Source: an uncultured Blastococcus sp.
GTDB lineage: Bacteria > Actinomycetota > Actinomycetes > Mycobacteriales > Geodermatophilaceae
Length of the DNA: 57,682 nucleotides
Assembly (NCBI GenBank): GCA_902805535.1
Contig: CADCTN010000146.1
Span: 1-57,682 of the forward strand
Direction of reading: 5' to 3'
Part shown: positions 1-8,914 of the stretch, piece after piece
Position numbering within the stretch: position 1 is the first letter of the stretch
How the letters are laid out: the number at the start of each line of letters is the position of its first letter
Program-made: the position numbers and the translations under genes
The notes under the pieces: model-generated
The model's input: only the letters and a program-made list of their open reading frames with translations
The model's database searches: none
Told to the model about the DNA's origin: nothing

Positions 1-476
1 CCCTGGTGACCCAGGTCGAGGCGCTGCGGGGCGAGGTGGAGGCGGGTTTTGGCCGGCACCCGGACGCTGAGATCTACCTGAGCCAGCCCGGGCTCGGGCC
101 GATCCTGGGCGCCCGGGTGCTCGCCGAGTTCGGAGACGACCCGCACCGCTACGCCGACGCCAAAGGCCGCAAGAACTACTCCGGCATGGCCCCGATCACC
201 CGCGCCTCCGGGCTCCGGCGGGTGGTGCTCGCCCGCCCCGCCCGCAACCGCCGTCTGGCCGACGCCCTCTACTGGCAGGCCTTCGCCGCGCTCAGCACCT
301 CGCCGGGAGCGCGGGCCTACTACGACAGCCACCGCGCCCGCGGCGCCACCCACCACCAGGCCCTGCGCTCGCTGGCAAATCGACTCGTCGGCATTCTGCA
401 CGGCTGCCTGCGCCACCACACCCGCTACGACGAAGCCACCGCCTGGCACACCAAACTCGATCAAGCTGCCGCTTGA
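1..476 (+). CDS. IS110-family transposase, C-terminal part (5' end outside window)
   Basis: PGLGPILGARVLAEFGD...YSGMAPITRASG (Transposase_20 catalytic-Ser region), AFAAL...ARAYYD, ALRSLANRLVGILH. Confidence 0.93.
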   Translation, partial: LVTQVEALRGEVEAGFGRHPDAEIYLSQPGLGPILGARVLAEFGDDPHRYADAKGRKNYSGMAPITRASGLRRVVLARPARNRRLADALYWQAFAALSTSPGARAYYDSHRARGATHHQALRSLANRLVGILHGCLRHHTRYDEATAWHTKLDQAAA

Positions 477-499
477 CGGCTTAGAACCGTGGGATGTCT
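1..499 (+). mobile_element. Right end of an IS110-family insertion sequence
   Basis: Transposase stop (474-476) is followed by a short end TTGAC..CCGTGGGATGTCT, resembling actinobacterial IS110 right ends. It finishes in a CT core and has no terminal inverted repeat. Confidence 0.7.
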
Positions 500-597
500 G
501 AAGCCGCCTTCAGGGACTCGACAGGACTCTCGCAGAAGCCGAGCCCTCCGGCGCTACTGGTGATCGGCTGCCGGGGAGCCGGCTCGCCATCGCGCAC
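481..597 (-). pseudogene. 5' stub of a gene probably interrupted by the IS110 insertion
   Basis: AGGAGG RBS (605-610), 7-nt spacer, GTG at 597; the frame enters the IS end after about 33 codons and stops at 481. Confidence 0.4.
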
Positions 598-671
598 ACC
601 CGGGCCTCCTACTTGTCTCGGGCGTGAGACGTAGCGTGCACGGACACCGCTCGACGCCTCGGAGGACATCG

Positions 672-1037
672 ATGACCGCAGCAGCCGCCCCCTCCCGCCA
701 GGTCCTCACCCGGCTGATGGCCGCTGCGGGTGCCGCGACCGGCGTCGTCCTGCTGACGCGGCCGCTCCAGGTCGTCGACACGATCGCCCCCGCGTTCCCC
801 ATCGACAAGCTGTGGCTGGTGCGCGCACTCGGCGCGCGTCTCGTCGCTCAGCACGGCGCGGTGCTCGTGTCGGCGAGCCCGCGACTGGTCAGGCTCGGCT
901 CGGCCGTGGACCTGATCCACGCCGCCACCATGGTGCCGTTCCTCGCCTCGCCGCGGTACGGCCCCGCAGCGCGGATCAGCGGCGGCCTCGCGGCGGCGTA
1001 CGCGGCGGTGGCGCTGGTGGTCGCACCGCGGGACTGA
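672..1037 (+). CDS. Small membrane protein, hypothetical
   Basis: GGAGGA RBS before ATG 672; hydrophobic segments; LVRALGAR...VDLIHAATM. Confidence 0.75.
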   Translation: MTAAAAPSRQVLTRLMAAAGAATGVVLLTRPLQVVDTIAPAFPIDKLWLVRALGARLVAQHGAVLVSASPRLVRLGSAVDLIHAATMVPFLASPRYGPAARISGGLAAAYAAVALVVAPRD

Positions 1038-1111
1038 GGGTCCTCCGGCGGCCGGAGCTGCGGGACCGTACGAGTCCGATTTCGTCGTACCGCTGCGTCA
1101 AGGTGTCGGGC

Positions 1112-1669
1112 ATGGATGCTCCCTTCACCGGTCACGTCTTCCTCGGCATGAGCGTCGACGGGTTCATCGCCCGGCTCGACGGCGACCTCTCCTGGCTGAC
1201 CGGCGGAGACGACGCCGGCGGTGCCCCCGACGACGGCGAGGGCGGCGACTTCGGCTTCGGCGAGTTCCTCAGCAGCATCGACGCGCTGGTCATGGGCCGC
1301 AGCACCTACGACTTCATCGCCCCGATGGGCGACTGGCCCTACCAGGGCAAGCCGGTGCACGTGCTCAGCACAAGGCTCGATCCCGGTGCCGACCGACGCA
1401 TCACCGTGCACCGGTCGCTGGACGAGGCGGTGGAGGCGCTGACGGCGGCCGGCTACCGGCGGCTGTACGTCGACGGCGGCCGGACGGTGCACGCGTTCCT
1501 GCGCGCCGGGCTGATCGCCGACCTGACCCTCTCGCGCGTGCCGGTGCTCATCGGGACGGGGCACACGCCGTTCGGGGAGCTGGATGCCGACGTGGCGCTC
1601 GAGCACGTGCGTACCCAGAGCTACCGGGGCGGGATGGTGCAGACCACGTACCGGGTGCGGCGGGAGTGA
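1112..1669 (+). CDS. Dihydrofolate reductase-like (RibD_C) family protein
   Basis: MSVDGFIA, LVMGRSTYD, YVDGGRTV, PVLIGTG motifs. Confidence 0.9.
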   Translation: MDAPFTGHVFLGMSVDGFIARLDGDLSWLTGGDDAGGAPDDGEGGDFGFGEFLSSIDALVMGRSTYDFIAPMGDWPYQGKPVHVLSTRLDPGADRRITVHRSLDEAVEALTAAGYRRLYVDGGRTVHAFLRAGLIADLTLSRVPVLIGTGHTPFGELDADVALEHVRTQSYRGGMVQTTYRVRRE

Positions 1670-1670
1670 G

Positions 1671-2303
1671 TCAGTCAGCGAGCGGGACGTCGACCGGGAT
1701 CTCCGGCCCCAGCCGGGCGCCCTGGAGCAGCTCGAGGTCGTCACCGGACCAGAAGCTGCCCGGGTCGTACGCGTTGAGCGGCCGGTCGCCCGGGAGCAGC
1801 TCCATCGCGGTGTAGGTGGCGGCCACGAGCTCGGCGCAGAAGACGGTCTCGGCAGACGTGCTGCGCCGCAGGCGGCCGTTGACCCAGCCGCGTGCGAGCC
1901 CGCGGGTGGTCGGGAACGGTCGGCCGTCGAGGCGAGCGATGGTACGCAGGACGGCGTCCTCCATCTCCTGGGTCACCCCGCCGTCCTCCGCCGGGCCGAC
2001 GAGCTGCCGCAGCCAGGCTCGCTGGCCGTAGCGGCGGCGCCAGGTCGTGACGGCGTCGTCCAGGTCGTGCAACTGGACGCCGCGCTGATGGGTGCCGGTC
2101 CAGGCGTCGGGCAGCGAACGACCGAGCTCGGCGTGCCAGAGCAGCGGTGGCATGTCCTCCAGGACGACGGCCATGCCCACGTGGTTGACCGGCGCGTTGG
2201 TCAGCGCGCGGATCGTCCGGTCGGCGATCGAGGCGCCGCGGAAGACCCACACGTCGCCGGTGCGGGTGAGGTCCACGGCCTTGTCCAGTGCCAGCTCTGC
2301 CAC
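1671..2303 (-). CDS. Permuted papain-like (YiiX/NlpC-P60-type) cysteine hydrolase
   Basis: GDVWVFRG, NHVGM (His) preceding FCAELVA (Cys), i.e. permuted order; GTG at 2303 with a TAACCT -10 element. Confidence 0.7.
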   Translation of the reverse strand: MAELALDKAVDLTRTGDVWVFRGASIADRTIRALTNAPVNHVGMAVVLEDMPPLLWHAELGRSLPDAWTGTHQRGVQLHDLDDAVTTWRRRYGQRAWLRQLVGPAEDGGVTQEMEDAVLRTIARLDGRPFPTTRGLARGWVNGRLRRSTSAETVFCAELVAATYTAMELLPGDRPLNAYDPGSFWSGDDLELLQGARLGPEIPVDVPLAD

Positions 2304-2322
2304 GGGCGCTAGGTTACGGAGC
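2304..2322. promoter_or_regulatory. Overlapping divergent leaderless -10 elements
   Basis: TAGGTT (+, 2310-2315) and TAACCT (-, 2316-2311), each exactly 7 nt from a GTG. Confidence 0.65.
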
Positions 2323-2550
2323 GTGCGCCTCTGGAAACTGCTCGGACTGGCCGGCCTCGCCGGTGTCGCCGCCGGTGGCGCGGTGCTGGCCCGCAACGAG
2401 CGCCAGCGCCGGGCCTACACGCCGGACGACGTGCGCAGCCGGCTGCACGAGCGCCACGCCGCGCTGACCGATCCCCCCGAGCCGCCCTCGCCTGCCGAAC
2501 TGACGGTCGGCCGCACCCACCGGCTCGCCCGCCTGCTCCGCCGCGGCTGA
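2323..2550 (+). CDS. Small membrane-anchored hypothetical protein
   Basis: MRLWKLLGLAGLAGVAAGGAVLAR..RQRRAYTPDDVRSRLHER; leaderless GTG. Confidence 0.75.
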   Translation: MRLWKLLGLAGLAGVAAGGAVLARNERQRRAYTPDDVRSRLHERHAALTDPPEPPSPAELTVGRTHRLARLLRRG

Positions 2551-2559
2551 CCGAGCGCG

Positions 2560-3054
2560 TCAGCCGGCGGCAGGGGCCTGCGGCAGCACGAGGACGCCGT
2601 CGCTGTCGGCGCACAGCCACTCCCCCTCGCGGAACGTGACGCCGGCGAAGACGACCGTGCGCCCGACCTGACCGGAGTGCAGCCCCCGCTCGCTCTTGCG
2701 CGGGAAGGCGGCCAGCGCCCGGACGCCGATCGGCTGCTCGGCCAGCTCGTCGGCGTCCCGGATGCAGCCGTAGACGACGAGACCGGCCCAGCCGTTCGTG
2801 GCTGCGGACGCCGCCAGGTTGCCGCCGACCAGTCCGCAGCGCAGCGAGCCACCGCCGTCGACGACCAGCACGCGGCCCTCCCCCGGCCCCTCGACCGCCT
2901 GCTTGATCAGCGTGTTGTCCTCGAAGACCTTCACCGTGGTGAGGGGCCCGCTGAAGGACGTCCGGCCGCCGAAGGCCTGGAAGACCGGATCGCAGACCTG
3001 CGCGTCCGGGTTCTGGTCGCTCAGGTCGGTGGTGGCGAAGGTCGGCATGGTCAC
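2560..3054 (-). CDS. rraA: RraA family protein (RNase E regulator / HMG-aldolase-like)
   Basis: TTDLSD, FGGRTSFSG, VKVFEDN, VLVVDGGGS, GCIRD, DSDGV; GAGGAG RBS. Confidence 0.9.
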   Translation of the reverse strand: MTMPTFATTDLSDQNPDAQVCDPVFQAFGGRTSFSGPLTTVKVFEDNTLIKQAVEGPGEGRVLVVDGGGSLRCGLVGGNLAASAATNGWAGLVVYGCIRDADELAEQPIGVRALAAFPRKSERGLHSGQVGRTVVFAGVTFREGEWLCADSDGVLVLPQAPAAG

Positions 3055-3076
3055 TCGTTCTCCTCGTTGGCGTGAG

Positions 3077-3091
3077 GTTATAATTTATAAC
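3077..3091. promoter_or_regulatory. AT-rich palindromic operator overlapping TATAAT
   Basis: GTTATAA-T-TTATAAC, a perfect 7-bp inverted repeat between divergent rraA and gntR. Confidence 0.7.
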
Positions 3092-3110
3092 GAGTCCCGT
3101 GAGGAGGCGC

Positions 3111-3791
3111 ATGTCCGAGTTCCCCGCCGGCTTCTCGACCAAGAGCGACCTGGCCTACGACCGCGTACGGCACCTCATCGTGTCCGGCGAGCTGGCGCCC
3201 GGCTCCGTCCTCGCGCAGGCCTCGCTGGCGCGGACCATCGGCATCAGCACCACTCCCCTGCGCGAGGCCCTCCGCCGGCTCAAGCAGGAGGGCCTGGTCG
3301 AGCTGGACGCGCACCGCGACGCGCGGGTTCGCCCCCTCGACGCGACCGAGGCCCGCGACCTGCTGGAGCTGCGCCGCAGCCTCGACCCGCTGGCCGCGTC
3401 GCTGGCCGCCCAGCGGCGCACGGAGTCCGACCTCGCCGACGTCCGAGCCGCCCTCGACGGCCTCGAGGCCCTGAGCAGCAGTCCGTCAGCCACCCAGCTG
3501 GCAAGCCACCACCGGTTCCACTCCGCCATCCATCGCGCGTCGCACAACGCCCTCCTGGTGCAGACCCTCGACGGGCTGTGGGTGAAGTCCGACCGCTACC
3601 GCCGGCACGGCCTGGAGACCGGCCGGAGCGACGAGGAGCGCGACGCCCGCGCCACGGAGCACCGGCGGCTGTTCGAGGCGGTCCGCGACGGCGATGCGGG
3701 AACCGCCGCCGAGCTGATGCGCCGGCACGTCGAGACCAGCCTCGGGGCCCGGTCCCTGGACCGCCTGGCCCGGACGGACGCCCCGGCGTGA
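3111..3791 (+). CDS. GntR (FCD) family transcriptional regulator
   Basis: GELAPG, GISTTPLREALRRLKQEGLV HTH; HRFHSAIHRASHN; GAGGAGG RBS. Confidence 0.93.
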   Translation: MSEFPAGFSTKSDLAYDRVRHLIVSGELAPGSVLAQASLARTIGISTTPLREALRRLKQEGLVELDAHRDARVRPLDATEARDLLELRRSLDPLAASLAAQRRTESDLADVRAALDGLEALSSSPSATQLASHHRFHSAIHRASHNALLVQTLDGLWVKSDRYRRHGLETGRSDEERDARATEHRRLFEAVRDGDAGTAAELMRRHVETSLGARSLDRLARTDAPA

Positions 3792-4963
3792 GCCGGCCGG
3801 GACGCACGCTGCTCGCCGTCCTGCTGCTGCACTCCACGCTGACGCAGATCGTCACCTTCGTCCTGCGTCCGACGTCTGCCTACCGGGCCCTCGAACTGGA
3901 CGTCCCCGTCGCCTGGCTGGGCGCGCTAACGGCCTCCTTCGCCATCGTGCCCCTGCTCCTCGCCGTGCCGTCGGGCCAGGCCACCGACCGGTTCGGTGAG
4001 CGCCGGGTGATGCTCGTCGGCGCCGTCCTCATGACCCTGTCCGGCGTCGTCTTCGCGACCGAGCGCGGCGGCGCGGCCGGCCTGGTCCTCGGCAGCGTCG
4101 TCCTGGGCACGGGCCACCTGCTGTCGGTGGTCGGTCAGCAGGCCGCCGTCGCGAACACCGCCGGCCCGGGACGGTTCGACACCGCCTTCGGCCACTACAC
4201 CTTCGCGGCGTCGCTGGGTCAGGCCGCCGGACCCGCGCTCATCACCCTGATCGGCGGGAAGGGATCCCTGCCCGACACCACGCCGATCTTCTGGACGGCC
4301 ACCGCGCTCGGCGTCGTCCTCCTGGTGTGCACGGCCTTCTTGCGGATGCCCGCCCGCGAGCAGGCGGGGAGCGTTCCGGAGACCGGCGGCATGGGGACGC
4401 TGCTGCGCCTGCCGGGGCTGCTGCGCGCCCTGCTGGTCAGCTGCGTCGTCCTCGCCGCCGTGGACATCACCCTCGTCTACCTGCCGGCCCTCGGCGCCGA
4501 CCGTGGTCTGGCCGCAGGCTTCGTCGGGCTGCTCCTGACCCTGCGCGCCGTCGCCTCCATGGCCTCGCGGCTCTTCCTCGGCCGACTGGTCCGCTGGGTC
4601 GGCCGGCGCCGGCTGATGATGGCGAGCGTGGCGCTGTCGGCCGTCTCGATGGGGGTCGTCGCGGCTCCCCTGCCGCCGGTCCTCGTGGCCGTGGTCGTCG
4701 TCCTCCTGGGCCTGGGACTGGGCGTCGGGCAGCCGCTGACCATGTCGTGGCTGGCCGAGGTCGCGCCGGCGGGCCTGCGGGGCCGGGCCATGTCGTTGCG
4801 GCTCACCGGCAACCGGCTCGGCCAGGTGCTGATCCCCAGCGCGGTGGGTCTCGTCGCGGCGGGAGTGGGTGCCGCGGGCGTGCTCGCCGCCACCGCCGGG
4901 GCCCTCGCCCTGGTCGGCGTGGCGGCCCGGCGGCTGGCCGTGGACGGCGGGCCGGCGACCTAG
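3788..4963 (+). CDS. MFS transporter
   Basis: About 12 hydrophobic segments; GQATDRFGERR motif A; GTGA overlap with gntR. Confidence 0.92.
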   Translation: MSRPGRTLLAVLLLHSTLTQIVTFVLRPTSAYRALELDVPVAWLGALTASFAIVPLLLAVPSGQATDRFGERRVMLVGAVLMTLSGVVFATERGGAAGLVLGSVVLGTGHLLSVVGQQAAVANTAGPGRFDTAFGHYTFAASLGQAAGPALITLIGGKGSLPDTTPIFWTATALGVVLLVCTAFLRMPAREQAGSVPETGGMGTLLRLPGLLRALLVSCVVLAAVDITLVYLPALGADRGLAAGFVGLLLTLRAVASMASRLFLGRLVRWVGRRRLMMASVALSAVSMGVVAAPLPPVLVAVVVVLLGLGLGVGQPLTMSWLAEVAPAGLRGRAMSLRLTGNRLGQVLIPSAVGLVAAGVGAAGVLAATAGALALVGVAARRLAVDGGPAT

Positions 4964-5160
4964 CGCTCGGCGAGGCGTCGCACGACCGCGTCGGTGAACT
5001 CGCCGGTCGACGCGGTCCCACCGAGGTCGCGGGTCGACACTCCCGCGCCGACGGCGGCCAACGCCGCGTCCACGACGCGCACGGAGACGGGCACGATCTC
5101 GGGGCCGATGCCGTCGCCCAGCAGCACGCCGAGGCGGTACGAGCGTCCCGCCGAGCTCAT
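4960..5160 (-). pseudogene. Internally deleted isocitrate/isopropylmalate/tartrate dehydrogenase family gene (66 aa)
   Basis: N-terminal LGDGIGPEIV is fused in frame to C-terminal TRDLGGTASTGEFTDAVV. Confidence 0.85.
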
Positions 5161-5588
5161 GGCGAGGCCGCTCCGCGGTCGCCCTGGGAGAGGTGCTCGA
5201 AGGTCTCACCGGTGGCGGTGACCGTGCGGGTGACGTCGCGTCCGCCGTAGACCCAGTAGATGGTCATCGACCCCTCGCCGCGGTTGCGGAAGCAGTGCGG
5301 AACGCCCGCCGGCACCCAGGTCGCCTGACCGGCCACCAGGTCGAACTCGTCGTCCCCGATGACCGCGGTGGCCTCGCCCTCGAAGACGAGGACCGACTCC
5401 TCGACGTTGTGCGAGTGCAGGGGGATCCCGGTGCCCGGCGAGAAGACCGTCATCCCGGTGGTGACCCGGTTGGTCGCGCAGTTCCACTTGCCGACGAACG
5501 GCAGTGTCACCACGCCGTTGCCGCGGTCGAAGCGCTCGATCTCGTCCGGGCGCAGGACCATCGACGGCGGGACCGGCCGGCTGCTCAC
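5157..5588 (-). CDS. Cupin domain protein
   Basis: PLHSHNVEESV...WVPAGVPHCFRN cupin motifs; GTGA overlap with the upstream gene. Confidence 0.9.
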   Translation of the reverse strand: MSSRPVPPSMVLRPDEIERFDRGNGVVTLPFVGKWNCATNRVTTGMTVFSPGTGIPLHSHNVEESVLVFEGEATAVIGDDEFDLVAGQATWVPAGVPHCFRNRGEGSMTIYWVYGGRDVTRTVTATGETFEHLSQGDRGAASP

Positions 5589-5896
5589 GCGGACTCCTCG
5601 GCGCTGTGGGTGACCAGCAGCCGGCCGGGCGTGTTCACCTGATCGGCCAGGACCCGGGTGGCGACGGCCCGCCACTCGGTGAAGTGCGGCGCGGCCTTGT
5701 GCGCGGCGAAGGCCGCCGCGTCGGCGTAGAGCTCGTAGAGCAGGAAACGGTTCTCGTCGGACTCCACCCCGCAGACGTCGAACCGCAGGCACCCCGGCTC
5801 GTCGCGCACGGAGGCCGCTGCGTTCACCGCGATGGCGGCCAGGAACTCGTCCCGGCGCCCGGGGCGCACCTGCATCTGGACCAGCAAGCTGAACAT
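5585..5896 (-). CDS. Putative quinol monooxygenase (ABM/LsrG-like)
   Basis: EPGCLRFDV, FLLYELY, AHKAAPHF. Confidence 0.88.
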   Translation of the reverse strand: MFSLLVQMQVRPGRRDEFLAAIAVNAAASVRDEPGCLRFDVCGVESDENRFLLYELYADAAAFAAHKAAPHFTEWRAVATRVLADQVNTPGRLLVTHSAEESA

Positions 5897-5918
5897 CCGC
5901 TGTCCTCACTCTCGTCGC

Positions 5919-5943
5919 TTGACGTATGCAAGACTGTATACAG
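5919..5943. promoter_or_regulatory. GntR-type operator palindrome with a -35-like TTGACG
   Basis: CTGTATACAG perfect palindrome (5934-5943), with related GTATGC and GTACAG sites, in a divergent intergenic gap. Confidence 0.65.
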
Positions 5944-5972
5944 CAACGCGTACAGCTAAGGACGAGGACGAC

Positions 5973-7031
5973 ATGGCGGCAGCACGGATCGCACCGGAAG
6001 CCCTCCGCGCGTTCGGGACGGACGTCCTGACGTCGCTGGGCGTGCCGGAGGAGGACGGCGCCCTCGTCGCCGACAGCCTCGTCCAGGCCGATCTCTGGGG
6101 TCACCAGTCGCACGGCCTCCTCCGGCTGCCCTGGTACGCGGCGCGCATCCGGAGCGGCGCGATGACCGCCCGGACCGAGCCGGCGGTGCTCGCCGACACC
6201 GGGCCGCTCGTGTCGCTCGACGGCCGGGACGGCATCGGTCAGGTCCTGACCGAGCGGGCCCGCCGGACGGCGGTCGACCGGGCGCGGGCCCACGGCGTGG
6301 GCGTCGTGGGCGTGCGCAACTCCAACCACTTCGGCGCGGCCATGTACTTCACCCGGCGGGCGGCCGAGGAGGGGTGCGTCGGGGTCCTCACGACGAACGC
6401 CAGCCCGGCCATGGCCCCCTGGGGTGGGCGGGAGAAGCGGCTGGGGACCAACCCGTGGTCCATCGCGGCACCCGCGCCCGGCGGTCGCGTCGTCGCCGTC
6501 GACATCGCGAACACCGCCGTGGCCCGCGGCAAGATCCACCTGGCGAAGAACCGTGGCGAGCGGATCCCGGAGACCTGGGCGCTCGGCGCGGACGGCGCCC
6601 CCACCACCGACCCGGCCGAAGGGTTGCTCGGAGTGGTCCTGCCGATGGCAGGCCACAAGGGCTACGCGATCACTTTCATGATGGACGTGCTGTCCGGTGC
6701 CCTGACCGGGAGCTCCGTGGGCACGGGCGTGCACGGCCCTTACGAGGCGGACGCGCGCAGCGGCTGCGGTCACCTCTTCCTGGCACTGGACCCCATCGCC
6801 TTCGGCGACCGCGACGCGTACGAGGTGCGGGTGGCGCAGCTCATCGGCGAGGTGAAGGAGGTCCCGCTGGCGCAGGGGTTCGACGAGGTCTTCTACCCCG
6901 GCGAGGTCGAGGACCGCGCGGCGGCGGGCAACCTGGCCGCCGGTGGCGTCGTCCTGGCGGAGCAGTCGCTGGCCGACCTCCGCGCGCTGGCCGGCGAGAC
7001 CGGTGTGCCCTTCCCGGAGGCGGCGGCATGA
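5973..7031 (+). CDS. Ldh_2 family (type 2 malate/L-lactate) oxidoreductase
   Basis: GHQSHGLLRL, NSNHFGAA, GTNPWS, GHKGY, YPGE. Confidence 0.92.
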   Translation: MAAARIAPEALRAFGTDVLTSLGVPEEDGALVADSLVQADLWGHQSHGLLRLPWYAARIRSGAMTARTEPAVLADTGPLVSLDGRDGIGQVLTERARRTAVDRARAHGVGVVGVRNSNHFGAAMYFTRRAAEEGCVGVLTTNASPAMAPWGGREKRLGTNPWSIAAPAPGGRVVAVDIANTAVARGKIHLAKNRGERIPETWALGADGAPTTDPAEGLLGVVLPMAGHKGYAITFMMDVLSGALTGSSVGTGVHGPYEADARSGCGHLFLALDPIAFGDRDAYEVRVAQLIGEVKEVPLAQGFDEVFYPGEVEDRAAAGNLAAGGVVLAEQSLADLRALAGETGVPFPEAAA

Positions 7032-7744
7032 CCGCGGAACCGGAGGTCCCCGGCTCCCCCGACGAGAGCAAGGCCGACCTCGTGCACCGGCGGCTGCGGG
7101 AGGAGATCGAACTGGGTGAGCTCGCGCCCGGCACCCCCCTGTCGGAGCTGTCCCTGGTCGAGCGCACGGGTGCCTCGCGGACGCCGGTCCGCGAGGCCCT
7201 CCGCCGGCTGGCGTCCGAGGGGCTGGTCGACCTGGTGCCGCGACAGGGCGCTCGCGTCTCCCGGGTGTCGCTGCAGAGCGTCCGCGACCTGTTCGACTTC
7301 CGCGGGCTGCTGGAGCCGGCCGCCGTCCGGCAGGCCACCGACGCCGCCGGCGGAGACCCCGCGCTCCGGCGGGACTTCACCGCCATGCGGAGCGAGTTCC
7401 TGCGCATCCAGCGCCGGGCACCGTCGCAGCCCCGGTCGCGGGCCTTCTACGCGCTCGCCGACCGGTTCGACTGGGCCATCATCGGAGCGACCCGCAACGA
7501 GCACCTGCGCCGGACCATCGCCGAGTTGCGGCCGCACACCGCGCGCCTGCGCAACCTGTCCCACGTCGACCCGCAGCGGGTCGAGGTGTCCGTGGTCGAG
7601 CACCTGCGCATGTGCGACGCGATCCTGTCCGGCGACGCCGACGAAGCGGCGTCCGCCGTCGCCGAGCACCTCGCGCAGAGCCTGCGGACCATCTTCGGCA
7701 ACCTCGCGTCCGGCCCCGGCGACGGCCTCGACCTCGATCTCTAG
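7028..7744 (+). CDS. GntR (FCD) family transcriptional regulator
   Basis: GELAPGTPLSE, SRTPVREALRRLASEGLV; ATGA overlap. Confidence 0.92.
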   Translation: MTAEPEVPGSPDESKADLVHRRLREEIELGELAPGTPLSELSLVERTGASRTPVREALRRLASEGLVDLVPRQGARVSRVSLQSVRDLFDFRGLLEPAAVRQATDAAGGDPALRRDFTAMRSEFLRIQRRAPSQPRSRAFYALADRFDWAIIGATRNEHLRRTIAELRPHTARLRNLSHVDPQRVEVSVVEHLRMCDAILSGDADEAASAVAEHLAQSLRTIFGNLASGPGDGLDLDL

Positions 7745-8136
7745 TAGGCGGCCTTCACCGCCAGCACCGGGCAGTTCGCGTCGAGCAGGACGCGCTGCGC
7801 CTGGCTGCCGGTGATCAGCTTGCCGGTGGGCGAGCGGCGGCGCAGGCCGATGACGATGAGGCTGGCCCGCACCCGGTCGGCGATGTCCACGAGCTCGTCG
7901 GACGCCTCGGACCTGCCGACGTGCTGGTCGATCTCGTGCGCCACGCCGGACTGCGCCAGGCGGGCGCGCACCCCCGCGAGCGCGTCCTCGGAGGCGAAGC
8001 GGCTGTCCACGAGAGACTCACCGCGCGAGGTGTTCACGACGTGCAACGGCTCCTCGCGCAGCCGCGCCTCGCTGATGCCGGCGGTCAGCGCCGCCTCGCC
8101 CTCGGGGGTGGGGACGTAGCCCACGACGATGGTCAT
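7741..8136 (-). CDS. Universal stress protein
   Basis: TIVVGY, IVIGLRRRSPTGKLITGS, CPVLAVK. Confidence 0.92.
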   Translation of the reverse strand: MTIVVGYVPTPEGEAALTAGISEARLREEPLHVVNTSRGESLVDSRFASEDALAGVRARLAQSGVAHEIDQHVGRSEASDELVDIADRVRASLIVIGLRRRSPTGKLITGSQAQRVLLDANCPVLAVKAAY

Positions 8137-8221
8137 GCCGGGAGCTTCGCCGGGCCGCTCGCCGACGTCAGCATTGCGTGCCTATCGGTTGTTTCGGTCC
8201 TTGCGTCCGCCGGGGCACGCC

Positions 8222-8914
8222 TCACCCCCGGGCCGACGCCCGGAGGGTGAACCGGCGCTCCGGGCGACCGGCGGTGCCGTACCGCTGACGCACGTCGGCC
8301 TGCTGCTGGGCGACCAGCTGCTCGAGGTACCGCCGCGCGCTCACCCGGGCCAGCCCGGTGCGCTCGCTGCACTCGGTCGCGGAGAGCCCCTCCCCGGCCG
8401 CGTCCGAGAGCGCGCTGCGCACCAGCTCCAGGGTCTCCGGCGCGATCCCCTTCGGGGTCACCACGGGGGCGGTCGCGCCCGCGCGGGTACCGCCGAACAC
8501 GCGGTCCACGTCGCCCTGCCCGGCGACGTCGAGCGCGGCGAGGTCCCCGCGCAGGGCCGCGTAGCTGCGCAGCCGCTCCTCGAAGGTGCGCCGGTCGAAC
8601 GGCTTCACCAGGTAGTGCAGGACGCCGCCGTGCAGCGCGCTGCGGATGCTGTCGACGTCCCGGGCCGCGCTGATGACGACGACGTCGACCGGGGACCCGG
8701 CCGAGCGCAGCCGCCGCAGCACCTCCAGCCCGGTCATGTCGGGCAGGTAGACGTCCAGCAGGACCAGGTCCGGGCGCAGCCGCTCGACCTCCTCGAGCGC
8801 CTGCGCCCCCGTCGCCGCCGTCCCGACCACGTCGAACCCGTCCAGGGCGGCGACGAAGGCCGAGTGCACCTTCGCCACCATGAAGTCGTCGTCCACGATC
8901 AGGACGCCGATCAC
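8222..8914 (-). CDS. CitB/DcuR-type response regulator
   Basis: VLIVDDD, DLVLLDVYLPD, YLVKPF, SARRYLE, YGTAGRP. Confidence 0.92.
   Translation of the reverse strand: MIGVLIVDDDFMVAKVHSAFVAALDGFDVVGTAATGAQALEEVERLRPDLVLLDVYLPDMTGLEVLRRLRSAGSPVDVVVISAARDVDSIRSALHGGVLHYLVKPFDRRTFEERLRSYAALRGDLAALDVAGQGDVDRVFGGTRAGATAPVVTPKGIAPETLELVRSALSDAAGEGLSATECSERTGLARVSARRYLEQLVAQQQADVRQRYGTAGRPERRFTLRASARG

Noticed and set aside
500-670. IS110 bridge RNA downstream of the transposase
   Set aside because: The element appears to end at about 499, and the rest looks like host gene start and promoter sequence
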